Positions 58,203-64,000 of a DNA stretch of 64,000 nt are shown piece after piece. The notes beneath the pieces were generated by a model, which did not search any database, had not been told where the DNA came from, and saw only the letters and a list, made by a program, of their open reading frames with translations. Both the position numbers and the translations under genes were made by a program. How positions within the stretch are numbered: the first letter of the stretch is position 1; the number at the start of each line of letters is the position of its first letter. The DNA comes from Octopus bimaculoides (Eukaryota): contig NC_068997.1 of the NCBI RefSeq assembly GCF_001194135.2, positions 31,701,924 through 31,765,923 on the forward strand. Reading direction: 5' to 3'.

Positions 58203-60008
58203 ACATTTGCATTGGTGCTTCCTACATGACAACCAGTGTTGATTTGTTTACATCCCCATGACTTAAACAGTTTGATAATAGAAACTGACAGAATAGGTAT
58301 CAGACTGAAATATAAGTACTGGGGTTGATTTATCGAAACCCTTCCAAGTGGTGTCCCAGCACGGCTACTGTCCAATGGCTGAAACAAGACAAAACAAGAC
58401 ATTTATGTAAATATAGAATAATGTAAAAGACAACACTTGGAAGAGTAAAATGGGAAGAAGATGCTACCATAGAAGGTTCTACTGTAGAGTTTCCATTCAT
58501 AGCAATAGATACATGTTTGAATTAAGATGTGAAATTTTTGTGCTTCTATGATTCATCATTTTCTTGAGCAGTACATTGTGTTCTTGAGCAAAACACTTCA
58601 TCTCGCATTGCTTTGTGATCACTTTGACATCTGATGTGTGCCACACCTTGCACCTGTACAGACAGGTAATGTCAATTTGATGGAGGGAGGGTACTAATGT
58701 GTAGCAATGAGTGAAGCTATAAACAAACCATCTGTGCAGGTTGTTCAGAAAAAAATTGTGGAACTGTCATTCTTGCACTCAAGAGACTATCATTAATTAA
58801 TATCCATCTTGCATTAGAATATTCCACAGCTGAGACTTGATAAAATGGTGACTATTTTATCGATTACAGGTAAATACACCACCATCAATTCACCACAGGG
58901 AAAGTTCACTGCCATCAATTCACCATGTGGAAAGTTCACCACAAAGAAAGTTTGCCAAGAAAATATATCCATAGTGTCTCACTATTAATAGTTAAAAACT
59001 ATTTTATTGAAAAAAAAATGGTGAACTTTTCCTGTGGTGAATTGATAACACTCAACTTACCAGACATGATTTTATCAGTGGAGAATTATGGTTAAAGGGA
59101 GGTGGGGGATAGTATTGGTAAACTAATAAACAAAGACCTTCTCATCATGGCTATCCAACTTTTATTTCAGATATTGTCTATCTAGGACTATATCATCTAG
59201 TGTATCATTCTTTTTATGCATTTTGATGGAGATTTGATTGTTATTTCTGGCAGGCTGGGTGACTGCATAAAGGGTCTCTTGTTTGCACTTGATATTAATA
59301 CTGATGTTGATGCTGGCAGTAGTGGTCTTGGTAACAGTAAGGTGGGGTTTGGGATGGAGGTTATTGTGATTATAATGACTGCATCAGGGTTGATAATGCA
59401 ACTAACAAACATATTATAGTGCTATTGGTATTGTTCTGACTTTTACCAATAACTGCTGAGCAGGAGTATATTGAGCCCAGAATCTGCACATTTCTGAGTG
59501 GTAAATGATAACTGTGAAGTAGAAACCCAATCATTGTGAATGAGATGATGAACAACTGATTAAAGTGTCAAAAGTTGAAAGCTTGACTAAACAACTGAAC
59601 AACGATGGCAGAAATGTTTTAAACATGATGGCATTAAGCCGTACTAATGTTTACTCCAATTAAAGGCAGTGAGCTGGCAGAAGCGTTACCACACCAAGAA
59701 AGTACTTAGCTGCATTTTGACCATCTTTCTGTTCTGAGTTTGAATTCCACTGAGGTCGACTTTGCCTTTCATCCTTTCAGAGTTGATAAAATAAGCTCTG
59801 GTTATGCACTGGAGTCGATGTAAATCAACTTACCCACCTCCCCAGAAATTTCTGGCCTTGTGCCAAAATTTGAAATCAATATTTGCTCCAATTCATCAGC
59901 AAATGTTGAAATTGGTAATACAATAATTGGTAAGTTTTAAAAATTATATTTACTTTTCCGTAGATTCCAGCAAGTGGGTTGTGATCATATGGGGCATTAC
60001 ATAGATTT

Positions 60009-60098
<90 letters not shown>

Positions 60099-62738
60099 AT
60101 GTGTGAAGAAAATGAGGTTAATCAAAGGGTAACAAGTAACAATAAAAAATAGGATCACTACTGAAAACTTAGATTTTGTGTAGGAATTTTCACTGAGAAA
60201 GATTTGATTTCAACATCAAACATTTGTTATTCATAATGTGAATTCAGTAATTAGGATAGGAACATGTACATCCACATGACACCTACTTACAGCCAGATAA
60301 ACTCTACTGTCTTAAAACCTTAAGCATTTAAACCAGCCATATCCAGCCAAAATTTTCCATTTGTTTTATGTTCAAACAGACCAGATTCAGGCTCTCACAC
60401 CTACCCCACAATGTTATTCTACATTAAACAATCACATCATCGAAATTTCAAGGATGTGAGATAATGCATAATTAATTCAAAACAATGTGAATAAATTAAC
60501 ATTACATTTGATAGAATAACCTGAACAGTAAAGGGCAAAAGTAACATTTATTTTTGATGGGCTCATTGCAGTATTAAGTGGAGTACAAGCTAATTCCTTC
60601 ATATTAACTCAGCCAACAGCAATTATCAAATTAGATATTAAAAAATCTTGTACAGTCGTTAAACCAAAGGAAAACTATTCTTTTCTTTCACTCATTTCAG
60701 TTGTTATTCTGTGGCCATGCTGGGGCACTGCCTTGAAGAATGTTTCGTTGACTGTATCAATCCCAGTACTTATTTTAAAATGTTTTGAAAGCCTGGTACT
60801 TATTCTATCAATCTCTTTTGCCAAACCACTAAGTTAGAGATATGTAAACACACCAGCACTGGTTGTCAAACAGTGATAGGGAGAGACAGACACACACACA
60901 AACACATACACATATACACAATGGGCTTCTTCCAGTTTCCATCTACCAGAAGGCTTTGGGCAGCCCAAGGATAAAGTAGAAGACACTTAGCCAAGATGCC
61001 ACACAGTAGGATTGAACTCTGAACCATGTGATTGGGAAGCAAGCTTCTTACCATACAACCACAGACATTATATTTGTTATATTACACAAAATACTATTTT
61101 TTTTTTACTCACCATATTGATTGCTGGGATTTGGTGTTTCACTAACGTTTTTGTGACTGACAGCTGTAGTTAAATGATGATACAAAGATTTCTCCAGTGA
61201 CATCAGCAAAAACTCTAACCATTGATATACAAACCCATCACATGCAACTGGCTGCAAAGACACAAGTTAGTCCTTTAGCATTAAAACTAGCCATATCAGG
61301 CCAAAATATTCTACCTGTTTTATGTTCAAACTGGCCAGATCTAGCCTCTCACACCTACTTACAACGTCATTGTAAAAATAAGCAACCATTTCATCAAATC
61401 TTGAAGCTATATGATAATGCAAAACTGTGAACAAAAAAGCATTACATTTAACAAGGTACTTTATTTCACATTGCTCCAGTTCACTCATCTGTAGAAATGA
61501 GTTGTGACATCACTGGTGCCAAGCTGTATCAGCCTTTGTCTTTTCCTTGCATAACATTGGTGGCATGGAGAGGGGAGCCTGGTGTGCATGGGCGATTGCT
61601 GGTCTTCCATAAACAACCTTGCATGGATTTGTGCCTCAAAGGGTAAGTTTCTAGGTGCAACCCCATGGTCATTCGTGTCTAAAGGAGGTTTTTACTTTTT
61701 CACCCTTTACATTTGACAAAATAATCTGAATGCTAAAGATTATTTTACTTAAAATAAGGCAGGGTATTCTTGTTATATTTCAGTAACTGTGAAAAGTTTT
61801 CTTAGTCCTGAAACACAACAAGTACTCATTCTTTAAAGGAATATGCTTTACAGATGTATCACTACCTTTTTGTTAATTCTAAACAAACTTAATTTCAAAT
61901 TCCTTAGTTCAGAACTGAATGATGAATATTTCTTATTAATTACTTAATAGTCCTTTATTAAGACTTCTATGAAGCAATGTCCAAAAAGAACAGGTCAAAA
62001 CTAGTTTCTTTAGATATTCAAGACCTTCTGAACAATCCATGCTCTATGTAATAGAACAGATTTGTGTATTAATCTTAAACAGCAAATATCATCAATTGAT
62101 ATTTCAAAACTTTTACATGGATATGGCTATCATCAAAGGAAAATAAATACTTTATGGCACTTTTTTTTCAATAATGACAGTAAATTTTATGGTGTGAGTG
62201 ACTAACAATCATTAAATTTTTTTTAACTTATTCAAAGTAAAAATAAATATAAAAATAAGAAAGATATTTTTTGCTTTTTTTTTCCCCTTTTAGCATACAC
62301 AATCATACAATCCTTTCTTGGTGTTTAAGGGTTTAATGCAATTATTATAATTACTCCAATTTCATTAAGGAAACTACCAAATCAGTTGGTAGTAGTACCT
62401 AACGAACTTATTACTACTGGGACTACTCATACAGAGACCATCTAATGTTTTCACATTTTCCTTACTAAGTCCAGGTATTTATCATCATCATCATCATTAT
62501 TATTATTATTATTGAGGATGCCAAGCTAGCAGAATTGTTAGCATGCTGGGCAAAATACTTAGTGACATTTCATCTGTCTGTACATTCTGAGTTCAACTTC
62601 TGCTGAGGTCAACTATGTCTTTCATCCTTTCTATGTTGATAAATTATGTAGCAGTGGAGTACTAGGGTTGATGTACGACTTTATCCCTCCACCAAAATTT
62701 AAAGCCTTCTATCCTTCTATCTATAGCAGAAAAGATTA

Positions 62739-62769
<31 letters not shown>

Positions 62770-63331
62770 GTTAGGTTTGACCTCGTAAATCCAGCAACCT
62801 TAAGATCTAACCATTGAAAAAAAAGGTGATAAAATAAAAATTGGCTTCTAAGGAAAGCCTGTATATAAACATAATCTGGTATTCTTATTCCACACATACA
62901 TTAATCTCTTGTCAATGCTAGAACAAAGCTTAAAGCATAAAATAATACAATGCAATACTTCCAACAAGGCTTTTATTGCCATTTCATATAATATACACTA
63001 ATGTTGGAAAATTCAATATGTGCCAGAGCAGGGTAGTTCTTGAATCATAGAGGCTGCTGGACTAAGAGAGGAATTGGACCATAGAAGTTGATAGACCTTA
63101 GGAGTCATTGGACAATGGGAGTTGCTAAAGCAGGAGAGATGCTGGATTATGGCATACTAAATTTAAAAGGCCCAATATGTGATAAAGAAGCGAGATAACT
63201 TCCAATGTGTGCTGTACCTTGTGAAGCTGCATGTAATCATAGTTTTCACTCAAAACTCCTCCAATGTAACAAGTCTTCTTTTCATCTTTTGCCTCTATAA
63301 ATTGAAGGTCTTCAATATTTGATAGAATCTT
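302..63331 (-). CDS. Divergent dynein heavy chain gene (partial: linker, AAA1, AAA2, start of AAA3); 20 exons; DNHD1-like or other atypical axonemal DHC
   Basis: 20 exons with canonical AG/GT ends and matching phases join into 1,063 codons with no stop. Dynein motifs: [64 protein letters not shown]. Gene continues beyond both window edges. Paralogue identity is not resolved without a search. Confidence 0.93.
1347..1507 (-). CDS. DHC exon 19 (AAA3 Walker A GPSGSGKT)
   Basis: [34 protein letters not shown]...; strong polypyrimidine acceptor; phase 0-2. Confidence 0.95.
2330..4467 (-). mobile_element. Degenerate piggyBac (PGBD4-like) DNA transposon
   Basis: Frameshifted transposase pieces: acidic Ser-rich N-terminus, [14 protein letters not shown]...[15 protein letters not shown], and a C-terminal Cys-rich domain CAIC...[19 protein letters not shown] (~2340-2450). 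TTAACCC end at 4461-4467; opposite TIR not confidently found. Confidence 0.88.
5321..5550 (+). mobile_element. SINE family B (GAGCTGGCAGAA head; GCCTTTCATCCTTTCGGGG core, Nin-like)
   Basis: tRNA-like B box GAGTTCAAATTC followed by the core. Confidence 0.85.
5560..5820 (+). mobile_element. Possible decayed Penelope 3' fragment ending in a hammerhead-like core
   Basis: Weak GIY-YIG-like translation ([14 protein letters not shown]) followed by CTGAAGA-AGGAG/CTCCT-GAAA. Confidence 0.4.
6282..6598. mobile_element. Possible decayed hAT MITE with 18-bp subterminal repeats
   Basis: Left end resembles CAGTGATTCCCAAACTGTG; four 18-mers of type GTGCACCAYRGAACACTG at 6301-6370; right TIR weak. Confidence 0.35.
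7006..7125 (-). CDS. DHC exon 18
   Basis: [40 protein letters not shown] (TVFDY...F..W); phase 0-0. Confidence 0.9.
8218..8496. mobile_element. hAT (Charlie-type) MITE
   Basis: 15-bp TIRs CAGTGCTTCTCAACC / GGTTGAGAACCACTG; 8-bp TSD CTTTAGAG / CTTCAGAG (7/8 match). Confidence 0.9.
8744..8914 (-). CDS. DHC exon 17 (AAA2 small subdomain)
   Basis: [57 protein letters not shown]; phase 0-0. Confidence 0.9.
9215..9415 (-). mobile_element. SINE family B
   Basis: Reverse complement of 5321-type copy. Confidence 0.8.
10460..10533 (+). ncRNA. Type I hammerhead ribozyme motif (one mutation from canonical in stem III, one extra C in stem II)
   Basis: Stem I TGGCCGGATAA / TTATC(A)TGGCTA; core CTGAAGA; long stem II GATGTTGG(C)GTGGG / CCCAC(C)TTGGCATC; CGAAA; stem III ACT-TGG-A(A)T where GTT is expected. 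Confidence 0.65.
10650..12905. mobile_element. Penelope-like or foldback composite with long inverted arms (10650-11105 vs 12455-12905)
   Basis: Arms are clear reverse complements by eye. A SINE has inserted at 11126 and a hammerhead lies just upstream. No convincing ORF. Confidence 0.6.
11126..11533 (+). mobile_element. SINE family A (tRNA-like head, internal TA/TG microsatellite)
   Basis: GGCGCAGGAGTGGTTGTGTGG...GGAAACTGAAAGAAGC-(TA)n-...GAAACAAG; 10-N gap inside. Confidence 0.9.
13216..13326 (-). mobile_element. SINE family A, partial
   Basis: Head and core only. Confidence 0.75.
14297..14490 (-). mobile_element. SINE family B just downstream of exon 16 donor
   Basis: Same core. Confidence 0.8.
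14540..14842 (-). CDS. DHC exon 16 (AAA2, arginine-finger position)
   Basis: [27 protein letters not shown]...MHTLCALLN matches DL..ASPATVSRCGM; phase 0-0; AAT|GTAAGT. Confidence 0.92.
15090..15260 (+). mobile_element. SINE family A, diverged 5' half
   Basis: Head and core followed by (CA)/(TA)n. Confidence 0.7.
15692..16388. other. Assembly gap (N); others at 11350-11359, 17971-17980, 19587-19834, 31956-32741 and 51217-51580
   Basis: Runs of N; ORF-track entries spanning them are artefacts. Confidence 1.
16389..16797 (+). mobile_element. SINE family A, young copy
   Basis: Nearly identical to 63518-63921. Confidence 0.92.
16975..17520 (-). mobile_element. Penelope-like retroelement 3' fragment (GIY-YIG endonuclease)
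   Basis: ORF 17144-17467 contains [18 protein letters not shown], resembling the LIY...C..C...YIG.T motif. Confidence 0.6.
17981..18325. repeat. Compound (TA)n/(CA)n/TATACTTACA microsatellite
   Basis: Direct inspection; similar simple repeats at 1-70, 15270-15385, 23190-23241, 34190-34260, 51137-51216, 58090-58195 and 60015-60097. Confidence 0.95.
19360..19586 (-). mobile_element. Family C retroposon 3' end ((GAT)n tail, GGAAGGGCATCCAGCTGTAGAAA motif)
   Basis: Young copy cut by an N-gap; RTE-like tail (inference). Confidence 0.85.
19891..20004 (-). CDS. DHC exon 15 (AAA2)
   Basis: [38 protein letters not shown] matches LDDNK.L.L.N.E.I.L....FE; phase 0-0. Confidence 0.92.
20480..20720. repeat. 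Unclassified dispersed repeat; second copy at ~55760-55990
   Basis: Shared blocks CAGAGTAACTTGGGACT, GTATGAAAC..GGCTAAATAA, TTTAGGA...TGAAAATGCTTT. Confidence 0.7.
21094..21223 (-). CDS. DHC exon 14 (AAA2 Walker B FDG)
   Basis: [43 protein letters not shown]; phase 2-0; ATG|GTAAGT. Confidence 0.92.
21697..22880 (-). mobile_element. Cluster of six head-to-tail SINE family B copies
   Basis: Copies at ~21697, 21902, 22108, 22248, 22449 and 22749, mostly separated by (AAT)n/(GAT)n. Confidence 0.88.
22880..23190 (-). mobile_element. Family C retroposon, truncating a family B copy
   Basis: Same motifs as 19360. Confidence 0.82.
23244..23401 (-). CDS. DHC exon 13 (AAA2 Walker A GPAGCGKS)
   Basis: [52 protein letters not shown]; phase 0-2; not in the ORF track in this frame. 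Confidence 0.95.
24290..25620 (+). mobile_element. R4/Dong-clade (REL endonuclease) LINE, 5'-truncated and decayed
   Basis: AVPVVTYSF...[25 protein letters not shown]; LKAESK..AVQDQ; C..C...DHLISGC; ILWDF..TDK; [10 protein letters not shown]. Confidence 0.85.
25812..26010 (-). mobile_element. SINE family B
   Basis: Same core. Confidence 0.82.
26058..26239 (-). CDS. DHC exon 12
   Basis: ...[33 protein letters not shown] (pre-AAA2 L.P...F..KV.QL); phase 1-0; ATG|GTAAGA. Confidence 0.9.
27276..27667 (-). mobile_element. SINE family A
   Basis: Full-length diverged copy. Confidence 0.85.
27855..28255. mobile_element. Foldback MITE with ~60-bp inverted arms
   Basis: 27858-27920 is the reverse complement of ~28190-28250 (GAATTYTCAGAAAATTTTT..GAAYTTGTGTTC...CACAGGAATT..TATGAT). 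Confidence 0.7.
28387..28557 (-). CDS. DHC exon 11
   Basis: [34 protein letters not shown] matches E..L.RAL.D...PKL...D...F..L..DLFP; phase 1-1. Confidence 0.9.
29283..29375 (-). CDS. DHC exon 10 (AAA1 sensor-II region)
   Basis: [31 protein letters not shown], aligns loosely with HYDFGLRALK; T|GTAAGT donor; phase 1-1. Confidence 0.7.
29520..29735 (-). mobile_element. SINE family B
   Basis: Same core. Confidence 0.8.
29995..30617 (-). mobile_element. SINE family A interrupted by a family C piece (30237-30430)
   Basis: 3' half 29995-30200 and 5' half 30460-30617 flank a (CAT)n-tailed insert. Confidence 0.7.
31395..31865 (-). mobile_element. Two adjacent family C copies
   Basis: Motifs TTTCCATGCTGGCATGGG and CTGGATG..CTT repeated at ~31410 and ~31680. 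Confidence 0.75.
32743..33135 (-). mobile_element. Penelope-like 3' fragment (GIY-YIG C-terminus plus tail), cut by an N-gap
   Basis: [45 protein letters not shown] matches the PLE H...C....F.IFPF...R..KE..FI..F.P.LN motif. Confidence 0.8.
33190..33800 (-). mobile_element. RTE-clade LINE 5' fragment (apurinic endonuclease)
   Basis: [32 protein letters not shown]...[12 protein letters not shown]; [11 protein letters not shown] (GDFNG motif). Confidence 0.85.
34275..34420 (-). mobile_element. SINE family A, 5' half with (GATA)n
   Basis: Core motif GGGCTTCTTTCGGTTTTCGTC.ACCAAATCCACTCA. Confidence 0.75.
34591..34692 (-). CDS. DHC exon 9
   Basis: [34 protein letters not shown] (canonical GF..A..L..K); TTACAG| and G|GTGAGT; phase 1-1; not in the ORF track. 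Confidence 0.85.
35030..35412 (+). mobile_element. SINE family A
   Basis: Full-length copy. Confidence 0.85.
35771..35817 (+). ncRNA. Type I hammerhead ribozyme, unit 1
   Basis: CTATCA-TTGACGA-GACC AAACAA GGCT-GAAA-TCACGTGA-TC-TGGTAG; stem I 6 bp, palindromic stem III, AUC triplet; C3 is U. Confidence 0.75.
36099..36145 (+). ncRNA. Type I hammerhead ribozyme, unit 2 (core decayed)
   Basis: CTATCA-TTGTCAA-GACC AAGGAA GGTC-GAAA-TCACATGA-TT-TGGTGG; perfect stem II, core mutated. Confidence 0.65.
36520..36722 (+). mobile_element. Family F retroposon tail (CTAGAAAYAGCAGC ... (CAA)n); others near 23850-24035 and 26930-27115
   Basis: Shared motifs GCTAGAAACAG, GATGGTCATGGCTGGAATG and a (CAA)n tail. 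Confidence 0.6.
37570..37780 (-). mobile_element. Family C retroposon
   Basis: Same motifs. Confidence 0.75.
39300..39450 (+). mobile_element. Possible Ty3/Gypsy gag zinc-knuckle relic
   Basis: [24 protein letters not shown] resembles C..CG..H....CPA.GK.C. Confidence 0.35.
39600..39960 (-). mobile_element. Decayed I/Jockey-type reverse transcriptase fragment
   Basis: GVQQGS...LL..Y.FDFP...ADDI with frameshifts (GVPQGS / YADD motifs). Confidence 0.5.
40545..40815 (-). mobile_element. SINE sharing the family D 3' tail but with a different core
   Basis: GGAACAGCCTGCT.GTGAAATTAAC...ACCCTTAAC shared with 50341-50460. Confidence 0.75.
40985..41314 (-). CDS. DHC exon 8 (AAA1 Walker B to small subdomain)
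   Basis: [12 protein letters not shown]...[24 protein letters not shown]; TTTTAG| and G|GTAAGT; phase 1-1. Confidence 0.95.
41410..41610 (-). mobile_element. SINE family B
   Basis: Same core. Confidence 0.8.
41860..42310 (-). mobile_element. RTE-BovB-like LINE 3' fragment
   Basis: [43 protein letters not shown]. Confidence 0.8.
42860..48315 (+). mobile_element. Near full-length Tx1/L1-like LINE, antisense in the DHC intron; ORF1 (CCHC knuckle) and ORF2 (APE-RT-ZnF), both disrupted
   Basis: ORF1 [19 protein letters not shown]; ORF2 from 44693 [12 protein letters not shown]...[38 protein letters not shown]-terminal CQRC; several stops and frameshifts; 5' boundary approximate. Confidence 0.92.
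49428..49557 (-). CDS. DHC exon 7 (AAA1 degenerate Walker A)
   Basis: [43 protein letters not shown] matches canonical TETTKDL..LG....FNCS; phase 0-1. Confidence 0.92.
50291..50665 (-). mobile_element. tRNA-derived SINE family D with an 11-bp TSD
   Basis: Head GTGGAGGCGCAATGGCCCAGTGG...GGTTTCGATTCCC (A and B boxes); TSD AGCTAAGTAAT at 50280-50290 and 50666-50676. Confidence 0.92.
50893..51120 (+). mobile_element. tRNA-derived SINE family E (CTTGAGCAAAACACTTCAT core); related pieces at 53828-53960, 58575-58610 and 61455-61690
   Basis: TAGTGGTTAGGGTGTTG head plus core. Confidence 0.75.
51811..52699 (+). mobile_element. Internally deleted mariner transposon
   Basis: ~29-bp TIRs TTCAAGGTGGTATCAAAAAATTCCCAGACT / AGTCTGAGAACTTTTGATTCCACCTCATA; [20 protein letters not shown]; LHDNNAP; [16 protein letters not shown]. 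Confidence 0.93.
52729..52787 (-). ncRNA. Type I hammerhead ribozyme motif with a 6-nt core duplication
   Basis: GAGGTGC-[CTGATG]-CTGATGA-GGCATA AAT TATGCT-GAAA-TCA CATA TGA-TA-GTACCATC. Confidence 0.65.
53145..53540 (-). mobile_element. SINE family A
   Basis: Full-length copy ending ~90 bp from exon 6 donor. Confidence 0.85.
53629..53772 (-). CDS. DHC exon 6 (start of AAA1)
   Basis: [48 protein letters not shown]; YGFEYLG hallmark; phase 0-0; CAA|GTAAGA. Confidence 0.95.
54174..54510 (+). mobile_element. SINE family A
   Basis: Copy with a 3' internal deletion. Confidence 0.85.
54672..55047 (-). mobile_element. SINE family A
   Basis: Full-length copy, inverted relative to 54174-54510. Confidence 0.88.
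55760..55990. repeat. Unclassified dispersed repeat; copy of 20480-20720
   Basis: Same blocks in the same order and orientation. Confidence 0.7.
56039..56277 (-). CDS. DHC exon 5
   Basis: ...[21 protein letters not shown]...[13 protein letters not shown]... (dynein F.W..QL.Y motif); phase 1-0; AAA|GTGAGA. Confidence 0.9.
56424..56514 (-). CDS. DHC exon 4
   Basis: [30 protein letters not shown]; TTTTACAG| and G|GTTGGC; phase 0-1 fills the phase gap exactly. Confidence 0.8.
57028..57177 (-). mobile_element. SINE family A, 5' half
   Basis: Core and head. Confidence 0.8.
57489..57715 (-). CDS. DHC exon 3 (linker)
   Basis: ...[25 protein letters not shown]..., resembles the linker P-x-Q-V/L motif; TTTCAG| and AAG|GTAATA; phase 1-0. 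Confidence 0.85.
57745..57975 (-). mobile_element. Family C retroposon just upstream of exon 3 acceptor
   Basis: Same motifs. Confidence 0.78.
57980..58400 (+). mobile_element. SINE family A, diverged, with a long (TG)n
   Basis: Head, core, ~85-bp TG run, 3' half. Confidence 0.75.
58867..59063. mobile_element. Unclassified ~200-bp MITE
   Basis: Inverted ATCAATTCACCACAGG(G/A)AAAGTTCAC at 58884-58909 and 59021-59046; an internal direct repeat of the same motif; GGTAA/TTACC termini. Confidence 0.75.
59663..59880 (+). mobile_element. SINE family B
   Basis: Same head and core. Confidence 0.82.
60695..61045 (-). mobile_element. SINE family A
   Basis: Full-length diverged copy. Confidence 0.82.
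61944..62043 (-). CDS. DHC exon 2 (linker)
   Basis: [33 protein letters not shown]; ACATAG| acceptor, A|GTAATT donor; phase 0-1 bridges the neighbouring exons; not in the ORF track. Confidence 0.65.
62515..62745 (+). mobile_element. SINE family B flanked on both sides by (ATT)n
   Basis: (CAT)n(ATT)n before and (ATT)n after. Confidence 0.82.
63218..63331 (-). CDS. DHC exon 1 in window (linker, DHC_N2)
   Basis: [38 protein letters not shown]; acceptor AAAG (NAGNAG alternative 3 nt downstream), donor AAG|GTACAG; phase 0-0. Confidence 0.8.
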
Positions 63332-63517
63332 CTTTAAATACATAGTTAAGACAGTGAGGTTGTTGGCTTTAAATAGAAAACAAAACAGAATAAATTATTA
63401 ATGCATGAAGACTCAAGAATGAAATGCCTAAGACTTGAGATTAATAACCTCATAATTTATGTACCTCTGTTAGTATTTCAAATAACATTCATTGATCATT
63501 TTTCTACAAGTTTTATA

Positions 63518-63921
63518 GGCAGAGGAGTGGCTGTGTGGTAAGTAGCTTGCTTACCAACCACATGGTTCCGGGTTCAGTCCCACTGCATGGCACCTTGGGC
63601 AAGTGTCTTCTACTATAGCCTCGGGCCGACCAAAGCCTTGTGAGTGGATTTGGTAGACGGAAACTGAAAGAAGCCTGTCGTATGTATATATATATATATA
63701 TGTATGTGTTTCTGAGTCTGTGTTTCCCCCCCCCCACCATCGCTTGACAACTGATGCTGGTGTGTTTACGTCCCGTAACTTAGCAGTTCGGCAAAAAGAG
63801 ACCGATAGAATAAGTACTAGGCTTACAAAGAATAAGTCCTGGGGTCGATTTTCTTGACTAAAGGCGGTGCTCCAGCATGGCCACAGTCAAATGGCTGAAA
63901 CAAGTAAAAGAGTAAAGAGTA
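63518..63921 (+). mobile_element. SINE family A, young copy
   Basis: CpG-rich and close to consensus. Confidence 0.92.
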
Positions 63922-64000
63922 TACAGATAGTTTCAATCAGGGATTGAGATCGTTTTTAACATAAAGCTCTTATCTGTTTATGCCATCGACCTGTAAGGGT

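Noticed and set aside
59197-59419. Overlapping ORFs on both strands (Pro/Ser/Thr-rich; GDLIVISG...)
   Set aside because: No recognisable domain or usable splice pair; likely low-complexity or repeat debris.

Overview
AT-rich, microsatellite-rich animal genomic DNA with six N-gaps. The SINE repertoire looks like Octopus (inference from recognised repeat families). The whole window lies inside one minus-strand, highly divergent dynein heavy chain gene that is open at both ends. I reconstructed 20 GT-AG exons by hand; their phases are consistent throughout and they give 3,189 nt / 1,063 stop-free codons covering the end of the linker (DHC_N2), AAA1, AAA2 and the first half of AAA3. The AAA1 site appears catalytically dead: Walker A GPAGTGKT is GSQNGQNK, Walker B FDEFNR is LTEINR, sensor I is lost, and the AAA2 arginine finger is Gln. 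The AAA2 and AAA3 P-loops are intact. The introns hold many transposable elements: piggyBac, mariner, hAT and foldback MITEs, a near-full-length Tx1/L1-like LINE, R4/Dong, RTE and Penelope fragments, and several SINE families. Five hammerhead-ribozyme-like motifs are present, including a tandem pair exactly 328 nt apart that looks like a decayed non-LTR retrozyme (circular-RNA) array. All alignments and folds were done by eye, with no database searches.
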